Origin: an uncultured Ignavibacteria bacterium
GTDB lineage: Bacteria > Bacteroidota > Ignavibacteria > Kapaibacteriales > Kapaibacteriaceae
DNA length: 64,000 nucleotides
Assembly (NCBI GenBank): GCA_903939735.1
Contig: CAJAIA010000006.1
Location: forward strand, 27,461-91,460
Direction: 5' to 3'
In this document: positions 39,780-50,751 of the stretch, in pieces
Position numbering within the stretch: the stretch's first letter is position 1
Layout of the letters: every line of letters begins with the position of its first letter
Made by a program: the position numbers and the translations under genes
Notes under the pieces: generated by a model
Databases searched by the model: none
What the model was told of the DNA's origin: nothing
The model's input: only the letters and a program-made list of their open reading frames with translations

Positions 39780-41321
39780 ATGACGCACGCAGAACGCATT
39801 ATCATCCTCGACTTCGGATCGCAGTACACACAGATTATCGCTCGCAAAGTGCGCGAGGCTGGAGTGTATGCAGAGATCCATCCATTCTCTATTTCCCGCG
39901 CGGCTCTTGAAGAGCTTTCACCGAAGGGCATTATCCTCTCGGGTGGACCTTCGAGCGTGTATGCAGAGGGAGCTCCGATTCCATCGTTCGATGTGTTCTC
40001 GATGGGCGTGCCTGTGCTCGGTATCTGCTACGGTCTGCAGTTGATTGCACATCAACTCGGTGGTGCAGTCGATAAGGCTGCGCGTCGTGAGTTCGGACGT
40101 GCTATCGTGAACATCGATGATACGCAGGATCTTTTCCGAGGAATGTCTGCCACAACAGAAGTCTGGATGAGTCACGGTGATCATGTCACACAGATTCCGA
40201 GTGGCTTCGAACGTATTGGCCATTCGGAGAATGCAGACATCTGTGCCATACGCAATGTGGACCGTCGTATCTGGGGTATTCAGTTCCATCCAGAGGTTCA
40301 TCATAGCGTTGATGGCAAGGCAATCCTGAGCAACTTCGTCATTGGCATCTGTGGATGCTCTGCAACGTGGAATGCAACGTCCTTCATCGAGTCGGTGATT
40401 GCTGATATCAAGCATACCGTTGGCGACGGTGGAGTGATCTGTGCCCTTAGCGGTGGTGTTGATTCAACGGTCGCGGCAGTTCTGCTGCATCGTGCAATTG
40501 GCGATCAGCTGCACTGCATCCATATCGATAGCGGTTTGATGCGATCAGGAGAGAGCGCGAATATCATTGAGATGTTCAAGACGCACTTCTCGATGTCTGT
40601 TGACCTTGTCGATGGATCCGACATGTTTCTCTCGCGTCTTGATGGCGTCGAAGATCCTGAGCGCAAGCGCAAGATCATTGGTGGTGCGTTCATCGATCTG
40701 TTTGACGTCGAAGCAAAGAAGTTCTCGGATGCGAAGTTCCTTGCACAAGGCACGCTTTATCCAGACGTCATCGAATCGGTCAGCACAAAGGGTCCGTCGG
40801 CCACTATCAAAACACACCACAACGTTGGTGGACTTCCAGAGAAGATGAATCTCAAGCTCATCGAACCATTCCGTGAGCTCTTCAAGGATGAGGTCCGCGC
40901 CGTTGGACGTGAGCTAGGCATTCCTGAGTGGTTTATCGAACGTCATCCGTTCCCTGGACCGGGCTTGGCAATTCGCATTCCTGGTGCCATCACACGCGAG
41001 AAGCTCGATATTCTCCGTGCAGCTGATGACATCTATCTCGAAGAGATTCGCAAGGCAGGACTCTACACACAGATCTGGCAGGCGTTTGCCGTGCTGCTTC
41101 CAGTTCGTACCGTCGGTGTGATGGGCGATGAGCGCACCTACGAACACGTGTGTGGTCTGCGCGCTGTAACAAGCACTGATGGTATGACAGCCGACTGGTT
41201 CCACATGCCGTACGACGTACTTGCTCGCATGAGCAATCGCATTATCAATGAAGTTCGCGGTATTAATCGTGTTGTGTATGACATCTCGTCAAAACCTCCT
41301 GCCACTATAGAATGGGAATGA
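39780..41321 (+). CDS. guaA: GMP synthase (glutamine-hydrolysing)
   Basis: [40 protein letters not shown]. Confidence 0.98.
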   Translation: MTHAERIIILDFGSQYTQIIARKVREAGVYAEIHPFSISRAALEELSPKGIILSGGPSSVYAEGAPIPSFDVFSMGVPVLGICYGLQLIAHQLGGAVDKAARREFGRAIVNIDDTQDLFRGMSATTEVWMSHGDHVTQIPSGFERIGHSENADICAIRNVDRRIWGIQFHPEVHHSVDGKAILSNFVIGICGCSATWNATSFIESVIADIKHTVGDGGVICALSGGVDSTVAAVLLHRAIGDQLHCIHIDSGLMRSGESANIIEMFKTHFSMSVDLVDGSDMFLSRLDGVEDPERKRKIIGGAFIDLFDVEAKKFSDAKFLAQGTLYPDVIESVSTKGPSATIKTHHNVGGLPEKMNLKLIEPFRELFKDEVRAVGRELGIPEWFIERHPFPGPGLAIRIPGAITREKLDILRAADDIYLEEIRKAGLYTQIWQAFAVLLPVRTVGVMGDERTYEHVCGLRAVTSTDGMTADWFHMPYDVLARMSNRIINEVRGINRVVYDISSKPPATIEWE

Positions 41322-41794
41322 TCATGGATCCCCTGCAACTGCACTTGTTGGTGAATCATCTTCCAATTATCGGCGCACTTACAGCGCTCATTGTCGTTGT
41401 GATCGGTGTTCTGCGCAAGAATGTTGCTGTCCGAACGGTCGGACTTAGTCTCTACGCTGTTATGGCGCTTGCTGTGTTGCCAACATATTTCTCAGGAGAA
41501 GGTGCTGAAGAGCGCGTTGAGAATATTGCTGGCATCAGTCACGATGTTATTCATGAGCACGAAGAGTCGGCCGAGCTTTCGCTCATTATGATGCTCGTAG
41601 CTGCGGCAGTTGCGCTCGCAACCGTTGTTGCGCAGTGGAAGGGAATGTCGATCGCGTCAACGCTATCGTATCTCTTTGTTGTCATAGCGCTTATCTCAGC
41701 AATTCAGATCGCGTTAACTGGTCACGAGGGTGGCAAGATCCGGCGTCCGGATCTTGGTGCACCAGCACCAGCACAACAGGTCGATCACGACTAA
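41318..41794 (+). CDS. DUF2231-like membrane protein
   Basis: [22 protein letters not shown]; four TMs; ATGA overlap with guaA. Confidence 0.6.
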   Translation: MIMDPLQLHLLVNHLPIIGALTALIVVVIGVLRKNVAVRTVGLSLYAVMALAVLPTYFSGEGAEERVENIAGISHDVIHEHEESAELSLIMMLVAAAVALATVVAQWKGMSIASTLSYLFVVIALISAIQIALTGHEGGKIRRPDLGAPAPAQQVDHD

Positions 41795-41809
41795 CAGGAT
41801 ACTACCCCC

Positions 41810-42364
41810 ATGCCGCACGTCCTTGTGCCCATCTCCAACGGAACCGAGGAGATGGAAGCCGTCATCATTATCGACATGCTACGCCGTGCTGGCATCACCG
41901 TAACGGTGGCAGGCGATGGCGATGTGATCATTTGTTCGCGCGGCGTGAAGCTTGTTCCAGATGCTATTCTGGAGACGCTTACCGACGATGACCAGTTCGA
42001 TGCGATCGTGCTGCCAGGGGGCATGCAGGGCGTTGAGTCGCTGTCGGCCAACGAGAGCGTTGTACACATCCTCGAGCGTCACATTGCATCCAAGCGCCTG
42101 GTTGCTGCCATATGCGCCGCTCCGCTTGTCCTGCACGATCATGCCCTGATCCCAAAGGGTGCGACGATTACGTCACATCCAGCGATTGCAGGCACCCTGC
42201 AGGACCGCTATACGTACACGCTGGATCGTGTTGTGGAGGACGGAACGTTGATCACCAGCCGTGGTGCGGGAACGGCATTCGAGTTTAGTCTGGCCCTCAT
42301 CCGACGTCTTTCATCGGACGCTGTAGCAACGCGGGTGGCAACCGACATCGTTCTCTACGAATAA
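41810..42364 (+). CDS. DJ-1/ThiJ (YajL-like) protein
   Basis: GTEEMEAV, LPGG, AICAAP, TSRGAGTA. Confidence 0.9.
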   Translation: MPHVLVPISNGTEEMEAVIIIDMLRRAGITVTVAGDGDVIICSRGVKLVPDAILETLTDDDQFDAIVLPGGMQGVESLSANESVVHILERHIASKRLVAAICAAPLVLHDHALIPKGATITSHPAIAGTLQDRYTYTLDRVVEDGTLITSRGAGTAFEFSLALIRRLSSDAVATRVATDIVLYE

Positions 42365-42411
42365 CCTGAATTTCCGTCCCATCCGTAGCGGTAGGGGCGG
42401 TAAATTGCAGC

Positions 42412-44520
42412 GTGAAACGCTACCTCATTACCTCGGCCCTGCCCTATGCGAGCGGGGTGACGCATTTGGGCAATGTTGTGGGATCTACTCTTCCCGCAGA
42501 CATCTACGCTCGTTACTGTCGCTTGGCTGGCCGAGAAACGCTCTCGATTTGCGGGTCCGACGAGCATGGTGTTGCTATCACGATTGCCGCTGAAAAAGAG
42601 GGTGTTTCCCCTCGCGTGGTAATCGACCGATACCACGAAGCCAATGCACGCGCACTGCACGGACTGGACATTGACTTCGATTGCTATGATCGCACATCGA
42701 ATCCGATTCATGCTGCAACAGCGCAGGAGTTCTTCCTGGTGTGGCGTGATAAAGGACTTCTAGTTGAGCGTGAAGAGAATCAGTTCTACGATGACGACGC
42801 AAAGATCTTTCTTCCTGATCGCTACGTCGAGGGTACATGTCCGAACTGCGGACACGATCGTGCACGCGGAGATCAATGCGATAGTTGCGGTGCGTACTAC
42901 GATCAGCTGGATCTCAAGAATCCTCGCTCACTCGTAAGCGGCAAGCCTCCCGTTGTTCGAAAGACGAAGCATTGGTACTTCCGGCTTGATGCGTTTCAAT
43001 CATGGTGCGAAGAATACATTCAACAACACGCCGGTTCGTGGAAGGACAACGTTCTTCAGCAAAGCCGGTCGTGGCTCACGCAAGGTCTCGCCGGACGTTC
43101 AGCTACACGCGATATGTCATGGGGCATACCAGTACCACTTGATGGCGCTGAAGGCAAAGTGCTCTACGTCTGGTTCGAAGCAGTCCTTGGCTACATTTCG
43201 ATCACAAAGCAATGGGCACTGCAACAGGGCACTCCAGACGCCTGGAATACCTGGTGGCGGAGTCCGGATACGATGTACACAGCCTTTCTTGGCAAGGACA
43301 ACATCGTGTTTCACACCATCATCTTCCCGATTCTTCTTCACACACGTGAAGATGATGGATACATTCTGCCCGAGAACGTGCCGGCGAATGAGTTCCTCAA
43401 CCTCGAAGGCAAGAAGTTTTCAAAGAGTCGCAATTGGGCGATCGACGTACTGCAATTCCTGAATGACTTTCCAGAGCCGCAGCATCGCGATGTTCTACGG
43501 TATGTGCTTACAATGAACATGCCGGAAACGCGCGACAGTGACTTCACGTGGCGGGATTTTCAGGCACGTACCAACAACGAGCTCGCAGCTATTCTCGGCA
43601 ACTATGTCAATCGTGTGATGCAGTTCACACAAAAGAACTTTAACGGCACGGTGCCAGCATACGATGCTGCTGCGTCGCGCGATGAACACGAAACGATTCT
43701 TGTTGCTGCACTCGAGAAGGGCATGCATGCAGTTGGTGCAAGCTTGGACGCCTATCGATTCCGTGATGCAGCGACAGAGGCGATGAACATTGCGCGAGCT
43801 GCCAACAAGTATTTCAACGACAAAGCGCCGTGGAAGGCGATCGCGTCTGACCCTGCTGATTGCGCACGCACGATGCATGTCTGCATTCAAGCAATTCGCA
43901 CACTCTCGGTGGCATTTGCTCCATTCTGTCCTGCAGCCTCAGCAACAATCCAGCGTATGCTTGGAGAATCGCCGATCACAGGAGCGCCTAACGAGTGCAC
44001 CGTTGGTGATAACCGCTGGTTGAATGGTGCAACATTCACTATTCCTGTTGGTCGCACACTTGGCGAGCCAACGATCTTGTTTACAAAGGTGGAGAACGAC
44101 GTCGTGGAGCGTGAAATCGCAAAGCTTGGTACACCAGATGAACAACCGGCAACAGCAGCTGCGCCAGCTGCTGCACCTGTAACGGAAGAGGGCGTGATCA
44201 CGATCGATCAGTTTGGTGCCGTACGCTTGCGCACAGCCGTCATTCTCGAGGCAGAACGCGTACCAAAGTCGGAGAAGCTCCTTAAGCTCCAAGTTGATAT
44301 CGGAACGGAGAAGCGTCAGATCCTTGCTGGAATTGCAAAGCACTATGCACCGGAGGATTTGATCGGCAAGACCATCTGTGTGGTGGCAAACCTCAAGCCA
44401 GCAAAGCTGATGGGTATGGAATCGCAGGGAATGGTACTGGCCGCATCGAACGCAAACGGTACGCTTACGCTGATGACGCCGATGGATCCGTCTGTTGGTC
44501 CGGGAGCTGAGGTTCGGTAA
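42412..44520 (+). CDS. metG: Methionine--tRNA ligase with C-terminal tRNA-binding domain
   Basis: TSALPY, HLGN, Zn knuckle CPNC...CDSC, KFSKS; C-terminal 'RQILAGI...NLKPAKLMGMESQGM'. Confidence 0.97.
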   Translation: MKRYLITSALPYASGVTHLGNVVGSTLPADIYARYCRLAGRETLSICGSDEHGVAITIAAEKEGVSPRVVIDRYHEANARALHGLDIDFDCYDRTSNPIHAATAQEFFLVWRDKGLLVEREENQFYDDDAKIFLPDRYVEGTCPNCGHDRARGDQCDSCGAYYDQLDLKNPRSLVSGKPPVVRKTKHWYFRLDAFQSWCEEYIQQHAGSWKDNVLQQSRSWLTQGLAGRSATRDMSWGIPVPLDGAEGKVLYVWFEAVLGYISITKQWALQQGTPDAWNTWWRSPDTMYTAFLGKDNIVFHTIIFPILLHTREDDGYILPENVPANEFLNLEGKKFSKSRNWAIDVLQFLNDFPEPQHRDVLRYVLTMNMPETRDSDFTWRDFQARTNNELAAILGNYVNRVMQFTQKNFNGTVPAYDAAASRDEHETILVAALEKGMHAVGASLDAYRFRDAATEAMNIARAANKYFNDKAPWKAIASDPADCARTMHVCIQAIRTLSVAFAPFCPAASATIQRMLGESPITGAPNECTVGDNRWLNGATFTIPVGRTLGEPTILFTKVENDVVEREIAKLGTPDEQPATAAAPAAAPVTEEGVITIDQFGAVRLRTAVILEAERVPKSEKLLKLQVDIGTEKRQILAGIAKHYAPEDLIGKTICVVANLKPAKLMGMESQGMVLAASNANGTLTLMTPMDPSVGPGAEVR

Positions 44521-44903
44521 TGGTTCGACGGATTCTACCGCCAGAAGAGGACGTGTATGAGGAGTCGATTCCTCAACGTGAGCCCCTTCCCACAAAGGAA
44601 CCTCCGTCACTCGTCAAACAACGTCGACTCCTCAACCGGTGGAGCATTTTCGCGCTCGTGTTTGTGAGCGCTATATCCACGGTGCTCTACGTGAGTAATG
44701 TGATTGCAGTGAAGAAGCTCTTGATGGACACCGACACGCTTCGGCGTCGCATTGATTCATTGCGGTGGGTGAATGAGAGTCTGCGCACGGAGTCGTATCG
44801 ACTGCAGTCAGCGGAACGTATCACGCGCATTGCGCAGGATCACTTGCATTTGATTCCGCCACCGAAGGCACCAACAATCGTTGAAGAAGCTACCTCGAAG
44901 TGA
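44520..44903 (+). CDS. ftsL: Cell division protein FtsL-like
   Basis: Single TM plus coiled coil, 'RLQSAERITRIAQDHLHL'; lies directly upstream of a class B PBP. Confidence 0.7.
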   Translation: MVRRILPPEEDVYEESIPQREPLPTKEPPSLVKQRRLLNRWSIFALVFVSAISTVLYVSNVIAVKKLLMDTDTLRRRIDSLRWVNESLRTESYRLQSAERITRIAQDHLHLIPPPKAPTIVEEATSK

Positions 44904-46966
44904 GCACGACAGAACAGCCATATGAACCGATACGATGGAAGGCAGGACTCTTAGTACTCCTGTTCTCCGTTGCGTTTGTGTCCATTATTGGTCGCTTGTT
45001 CTGGGTGCAAGTTATTCAAGGGGCGCACTACCGTGATCTCGCAAAGAAACAGTACGAGAGTCGCGTGCCGCTTCGTGCCGAACGTGGTAAGCTTGTTGAT
45101 CGCTCGATGCGAGACATCGCAACGATGATGCAGACAACGTCCTTCGCTGCCGATCCGCAAATGGTTGAGCACGCTGATATGTGTGCGCAACTGCTTTCTG
45201 CAGCAGCAGGGGAGCCAGCATCTGTCTATCTGTCACGCCTGCGCCGAAAGGACACGCGTTTTGTGTGGCTTGCTCGTGGCGTGAATACGGTGATGTTTCC
45301 TGTACTGGATACGTTGCAGGATCGTGGACTGATTCGCGTGAAAGAACCTAAGCGACTCTTTACACACGGTCCACTCGCATCGCAGCTTATCGGTACAACC
45401 GATGTCGACAACAATGGGTTGTCGGGCCTTGAGCTACAGTATGATGCGCTGCTACGCGGAACAAGTGGCTTCGTGGTGATGCAGCGCGATGGACGTGGAC
45501 GGCTTCGTCCAGGAGTAGACCCCGAGCGTGAGGCTCCGAAGGATGGATTGGGTTTGCAGTTAACGATCGATCTCGAAATGCAACGTGTGGCTGAGCAGGA
45601 GCTCGCACACGGCGTTCGGTTGGTGGGAGCTACGTCGGGAACGGTGATCGCGATCGAACCATCAACGGGTGACATCCTAGCGATGGCATCATATCCAACG
45701 TTTGACCCAACGCGTCTTGACCGCGCAACAGACGACGCGATTCGCATTCGCTCGATCGCGGATCAATACGAGCCCGGCTCAACGATGAAGGCGATTACGG
45801 CAGCAGCACTACTTGATCGTCGTATCATCGGACCAAACGATGTGGTTGATGGTGGTTCGGGTGTGCTCACGCTTCCTGGCGATGTTCAGATTCGCGATGA
45901 TCACCCTGTAGGACAGACAACGTTTCATGTGGCGATGGAGCAATCATCGAACGTCGTCTTTGCGACACTCGCACGAAAACTCGATGATCGCGTGTACTAC
46001 AAGTACGTCCGTGACTTTGGCTTTGGCATTCCCACGGGAATCGATCTTCCAGGAGAAGTGCGCGGTCGACTCAAGAAGCCGAGCGAGTTCGATGCAACAT
46101 CGAAGCTCTATATGTCCTTCGGCTATGAGCTCAGTGCAACCGCTCTTCAGGTGGTGAATGCCTATGCTGCGATCGCAAATGGAGGTGTGTTAATGCAGCC
46201 TCGCGTGGTTAAGAGCATTCTGAATGATGACGGTAGTGTACAGACAGCCTTCGCACCTCAGCGCATACGCCACGTTGTGAGCGAGCAAACAGCACGCACG
46301 TTGGCAGATATTCTCGTTGGAGTTGTTGAACGAGGAACGGGCAAGGAAGCACACATTCCCGGCGTGCGCATTGCAGGTAAAACAGGTACGGCGCAACAGC
46401 TTACCGATGGAGCCTATAGCCGACAGAATTATACCGCATCGTTCGTTGGTTTCTACCCAGCCGACCAACCACGTGTTGCTATGATTGTGATGCTCGATCG
46501 TCCAACACTGAGCATCTACGGCGGTGGTACGGCAGCACCGATTTTCAAGCGCATCGTGCAGAAGACAATGACTATGCTGCAGCTTGATGCGGGAACGCAG
46601 AAGAACATTGCCGCATCGGCACAGGCAGATACGGTCATCATCCCCGATATCCGTGGACTAACGCAAGAGACGGCAGACAGCGTTCTGCGGCGTCTTGGGT
46701 TACGGACAGACATGACATCGGGTGCTGGGGTGATCACGAAGCAGGAACCGCCGGCTGGTACCCGACGTGAACGCGGTACGGTTGTGGTCGTCTACGGTCA
46801 GCCGCAGCAAGGATCAACCACACAGCGTCCAGACGTCGTTGGCTTCCCACTTCGTCGTGCCGTTACAGTGCTCCATGCCGCAGGATTTGAGGTCAAGATC
46901 AAAGGTAGTGGACGCGTTACGCAACAGCAGTGGGTTGGTACCACGTGTGTGATCGTTGCGCAGTGA
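44900..46966 (+). CDS. ftsI: Class B penicillin-binding protein (FtsI/PBP3) with PASTA domains
   Basis: RGKLVDR, GLSGLE, LTID, YEPGSTMK (SxxK), SSN, KTGTAQ; two PASTA-like repeats. Confidence 0.9.
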   Translation: MSTTEQPYEPIRWKAGLLVLLFSVAFVSIIGRLFWVQVIQGAHYRDLAKKQYESRVPLRAERGKLVDRSMRDIATMMQTTSFAADPQMVEHADMCAQLLSAAAGEPASVYLSRLRRKDTRFVWLARGVNTVMFPVLDTLQDRGLIRVKEPKRLFTHGPLASQLIGTTDVDNNGLSGLELQYDALLRGTSGFVVMQRDGRGRLRPGVDPEREAPKDGLGLQLTIDLEMQRVAEQELAHGVRLVGATSGTVIAIEPSTGDILAMASYPTFDPTRLDRATDDAIRIRSIADQYEPGSTMKAITAAALLDRRIIGPNDVVDGGSGVLTLPGDVQIRDDHPVGQTTFHVAMEQSSNVVFATLARKLDDRVYYKYVRDFGFGIPTGIDLPGEVRGRLKKPSEFDATSKLYMSFGYELSATALQVVNAYAAIANGGVLMQPRVVKSILNDDGSVQTAFAPQRIRHVVSEQTARTLADILVGVVERGTGKEAHIPGVRIAGKTGTAQQLTDGAYSRQNYTASFVGFYPADQPRVAMIVMLDRPTLSIYGGGTAAPIFKRIVQKTMTMLQLDAGTQKNIAASAQADTVIIPDIRGLTQETADSVLRRLGLRTDMTSGAGVITKQEPPAGTRRERGTVVVVYGQPQQGSTTQRPDVVGFPLRRAVTVLHAAGFEVKIKGSGRVTQQQWVGTTCVIVAQ

Positions 46967-47009
46967 TCCTTCACTGTAACCCTTCCATAGGTTCGGGAGT
47001 TCTATACCT

Positions 47010-48755
47010 GTGACGACCTACCGACACATCCTCATTACGCTCCTAAGCATCCTTCCTATGGTCTTGATGGCTCAGCCAATCGAGACAGTGCGATTGGACT
47101 TTCCGCCATCTGCTATCGGTTCAGTAGACGAGCGCGAGGTGCGTATCAACAACTTGCCGCCAGGCAGCAAGTACGTGGTGATCGACACATGTGACGCACC
47201 GTTTCGTCTTACAACTCCACTGAATGAACTCACAGTAAGGAACGGCGAGTTGCGTGTTCGGTGTGAGTTTGCACCAACTGGTCCGGGAAACTACCGCGAC
47301 GAACTCTTCCTCGAGCAACGTCCACAAACTATGCCCCCGGGTGAGCGTATTCGCATCCGACTTAGTGGCACTGGTTTTCGCATTGAGCGTGTCGACCGCG
47401 TTGAGTTTGCTGATGTGTTGATTGGTGATTCAACGAGAAAGGTGGTTCTGATTCGGGACAACTTCCTCCGTGATGTGCGATGGAGTTTGACACGGTTGCC
47501 GTTAGCTCCATTCGGCACACCTGATGCTCTTGATCCATTGCGATTAGATCGTGATACCATCGGTTATCGTTTCACATACGTGCCAACTACGATTGGTCGA
47601 TCACGTGATACCATCGGCCTCATACGCACGTACGTGCCCACCAACGTGGCACTGGATACGATTGTGGTAATCCTGGATGGTAACGCCGTTCGGATGAAGG
47701 ACAGTGCAGAGATTCTCTTCGCGGATCTTTCTCCTGGCATGACGGTAACATCAGACCTTTCGTTGCCACTTCCGGCAACGCCGCGAACGCGCAGCTTTAC
47801 CTACAAACTGCGTGCACCAACAGCAGTAAATGTTGTAACGGGTAACATCACCGATCCCCTGAGTGCTTCGGGCACATCGGTTATTCGAACCTCGTTCACG
47901 GCAGCTCCGCAATCAACGCGAGATGTGCGCGAGCAATTCGTGCTTCTGCGTAGTGGCACGAATGGTTTGCTCATCGACTCGACGATTATCACAGCGCGCG
48001 TCACAATGAAGCCGCAACCCGTTGAGCTTCGCGCCTCGTACAGATCAGACACGTTGGTACATCGCATCGGCGACACGGTAACGTTTGAGATCATTGCCAC
48101 CAGCGAACGCTCGCTTGTTGAACCGATCACGTTGACAAACCTCATTGCTGAGTGTGAAATCAACAGTACCGTGATTGTTCCTTTGGTGAACGATGATGTG
48201 CAGGAAGTCACACGTGACGACCGCGCGTACGTGCGCATCACGGCGTCGGAACCTGTAACCCTCACACAGGACAGCAGCGTTGTGCTGCGATGGAACGGTG
48301 TTGTTGTTCTAGGGAATGCTGGAACATCCCCACTGAACCTGGGGCTTGTAACAGCATCGTTGCCATCTGGACAGCGAATCACACTCTCGGCCACACCATC
48401 GGTGCTGCGTGTATCGAATGTGTGGATACAACAGGATGGGACGCCGCGCCTGATCAACCCACGCGCCGCTCAGCTGACACTCGACATAGCACCGAACCCG
48501 ATAACTGCGACAGGCACCATCACCATCGATAGCCTTCCAGCAGGTACAGGACGATTCGACATCGTTGATGCACGTGGAATTGTGGTGATGGATCTCACGC
48601 AGCAACTGCGTACAGGGCGTCGTGATTTCAGCGTGAGTACGTCGGGTGGAGTTGACGCAACCCTACTTCCGGGTCTGTACTACGCGCGCTTGACTGCACA
48701 ACTGTTGCCTCAGCAATCAATTTCGTCGGTAGTGCGACCATTCGTCCTCCGCTGA
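47010..48755 (+). CDS. T9SS-secreted protein with tandem Ig-like (ASH/choice-of-anchor-D-like) domains
   Basis: Signal peptide; repeated 'F.PT..G...D.....L.G.G/A' units; C-terminal 'IAPNP...PGLYYARL...FVLR'. Confidence 0.65.
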   Translation: MTTYRHILITLLSILPMVLMAQPIETVRLDFPPSAIGSVDEREVRINNLPPGSKYVVIDTCDAPFRLTTPLNELTVRNGELRVRCEFAPTGPGNYRDELFLEQRPQTMPPGERIRIRLSGTGFRIERVDRVEFADVLIGDSTRKVVLIRDNFLRDVRWSLTRLPLAPFGTPDALDPLRLDRDTIGYRFTYVPTTIGRSRDTIGLIRTYVPTNVALDTIVVILDGNAVRMKDSAEILFADLSPGMTVTSDLSLPLPATPRTRSFTYKLRAPTAVNVVTGNITDPLSASGTSVIRTSFTAAPQSTRDVREQFVLLRSGTNGLLIDSTIITARVTMKPQPVELRASYRSDTLVHRIGDTVTFEIIATSERSLVEPITLTNLIAECEINSTVIVPLVNDDVQEVTRDDRAYVRITASEPVTLTQDSSVVLRWNGVVVLGNAGTSPLNLGLVTASLPSGQRITLSATPSVLRVSNVWIQQDGTPRLINPRAAQLTLDIAPNPITATGTITIDSLPAGTGRFDIVDARGIVVMDLTQQLRTGRRDFSVSTSGGVDATLLPGLYYARLTAQLLPQQSISSVVRPFVLR

Positions 48756-48771
48756 GTATAGTTTTGTAGCT

Positions 48772-50709
48772 ATGCGCTTCGTGACGTTGATTGCAATTCT
48801 CGCTATGTACACGATCGGGTGTTTGGCTCAAGAGCCGGACATCTGGACGTGGAATGTGCAGGGGGCATGGATACGTCCAACAGGAAGCGGCTCGTTTCCG
48901 TCGATTCCAGGAATTCCATCGCCGGGCGATCTGACATTTGAAGCTCGCAGCTCGGTGTCGGCAGCTCAGTTTGCCGTTGGTGGCGACATTGGAATCCCTT
49001 CTGATCTCCGCATTGGTGGACGTCTTCGGTACTCTGCAATTGAACTGCAGTATCGCGCCAATGAACGTGTGCCCATAGCAAATCCGGATGGACCCGGAGT
49101 GTACGTCGCGACGATTGCGCATGATCTGAACGCGCGTACGGTGAATCTCGATCTCGCACCCTACCTCCGTTACGAGCCGCTGCGATGGATCGCTGTCGAG
49201 CTTGCTGCACCTGTGATGATTCCACTGTCATCTCGGTATCAGCAGCGCATGTTCTTTTCGGATCCTCAGAACGTTCCATTTCTGGATGGTTCCATAGAAC
49301 GCATTACAGGACAAGGCACGATACCATCACTCGCAGTTGCTTCACTTGCTCTGCAGGCACGCATCGAAGGCATGGTAGAGCTATCATCTTCCGGTTCCCT
49401 TGCCCTCACACCATTTGTTGCCTATCAGCAATCTATCACATCACCAGCACCAGATGGGGCGCTAAGCTCACGCATTCTATCGGTAGGACTCGGTCTGCGT
49501 AGTAGCTTCAAGGCTGCTCGTGAAGTTGCTCTCGTTCCTCTTGTTCCACGCCGTCGAGAACGCACACTTCGTGATACCACCGTCGAGCTCAGTCGGATGG
49601 TAAAGCAACCGCAAACAGTGCTTATGCAACGCAGTACTGACTCGGTTGACCAAGGTGATGTTCGCGATGTGACAATACGTGAGACATACGTTACCTATTA
49701 CCCCAAGCCCCCTGCCATTCTCCGTGCATCGATGCAACTGGCGTTTGTGCATATCGATGGAACAGTGTCGGATGATGCACGTGTGCTCGCTCAACGTGTG
49801 CGCGCTACGCATGCCGTGCAACTCTTGCCGCTTGTTGTGTTTGATAGCACTTCTACAGAACTACCACGGCGCTACGTGAAGCTATCGCCGGCCGAAGTGC
49901 CAACGTGGAGGCCAACGTTGTCGGTAACAGACGCACCAACACACTGGCAGTATAGTATCCACAACATTGTTGGATCTCGATTGCGCTCATCGCGCACAAG
50001 TTGCAGTCTTGTCGTATACGTCGATTCAACACAAGTAGGTCGGGCTCGCGCTGAGCAGCGTGCCCAGACAATCCGACGATACTTGCGTGAGACATTTGGC
50101 ATTGACGAACGCAGACTGCCTCTTCGGATAACGCAGGCATCTGGTGTGCTCGCCAACTGCATTGGATTCGATCCCGTGAATCCTGCACTTGCAGCACTTA
50201 CGACAACACAAATGATCAACGATACTGAACTGCCGAACGTACGTGTGGTACCTGATGTGGTGAGTGAGTCTGGCATCCTACGCTGGGCTGTATCTGTCCA
50301 AACCAATGGGCGCACTGTTCGTGTTATATCCGACACTGGAGCACTGCCGGCCTTCATTCCGTGGAACATGAATGCAGACCTACAGTCGGAAGCACGCCAG
50401 CAGGACGTAGATCTCCATCTTGAGGTCGTCGATCGTGATAGTGCGTGGGCCCGCAGTGAACCAGCGACAATTCGTCTGCGATCACAGGCGGCAGCCGACC
50501 GCTCGATGATTCCTATCGAACGAACAGAGTATCTCGATCTCACGACGTCTGTGCCAGGACTACAACTGCCATCGATTGACCACCGCGATGCTATCCGTGC
50601 CACACCCCGTGATGGAACGACATCGTGGTACCTGCGCGGATTAGAGGAGCCCGAGCTCTCGCTGTACCAGCATGCAACGCTATGGCGGAAACAAGAACGG
50701 CGTCCGTAG
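48772..50709 (+). CDS. Outer-membrane protein: N-terminal beta-barrel plus degenerate OmpA-like region
   Basis: Signal peptide; barrel-like strands; 'LLPLVVFDSTSTELPRRY...RAEQRAQTIRRYLRETFGIDERRL'. Confidence 0.55.
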   Translation: MRFVTLIAILAMYTIGCLAQEPDIWTWNVQGAWIRPTGSGSFPSIPGIPSPGDLTFEARSSVSAAQFAVGGDIGIPSDLRIGGRLRYSAIELQYRANERVPIANPDGPGVYVATIAHDLNARTVNLDLAPYLRYEPLRWIAVELAAPVMIPLSSRYQQRMFFSDPQNVPFLDGSIERITGQGTIPSLAVASLALQARIEGMVELSSSGSLALTPFVAYQQSITSPAPDGALSSRILSVGLGLRSSFKAAREVALVPLVPRRRERTLRDTTVELSRMVKQPQTVLMQRSTDSVDQGDVRDVTIRETYVTYYPKPPAILRASMQLAFVHIDGTVSDDARVLAQRVRATHAVQLLPLVVFDSTSTELPRRYVKLSPAEVPTWRPTLSVTDAPTHWQYSIHNIVGSRLRSSRTSCSLVVYVDSTQVGRARAEQRAQTIRRYLRETFGIDERRLPLRITQASGVLANCIGFDPVNPALAALTTTQMINDTELPNVRVVPDVVSESGILRWAVSVQTNGRTVRVISDTGALPAFIPWNMNADLQSEARQQDVDLHLEVVDRDSAWARSEPATIRLRSQAAADRSMIPIERTEYLDLTTSVPGLQLPSIDHRDAIRATPRDGTTSWYLRGLEEPELSLYQHATLWRKQERRP

Positions 50710-50751
50710 TGCACTACGAACGCCGTCTCGTGAACATTGTAACCAGGACAG

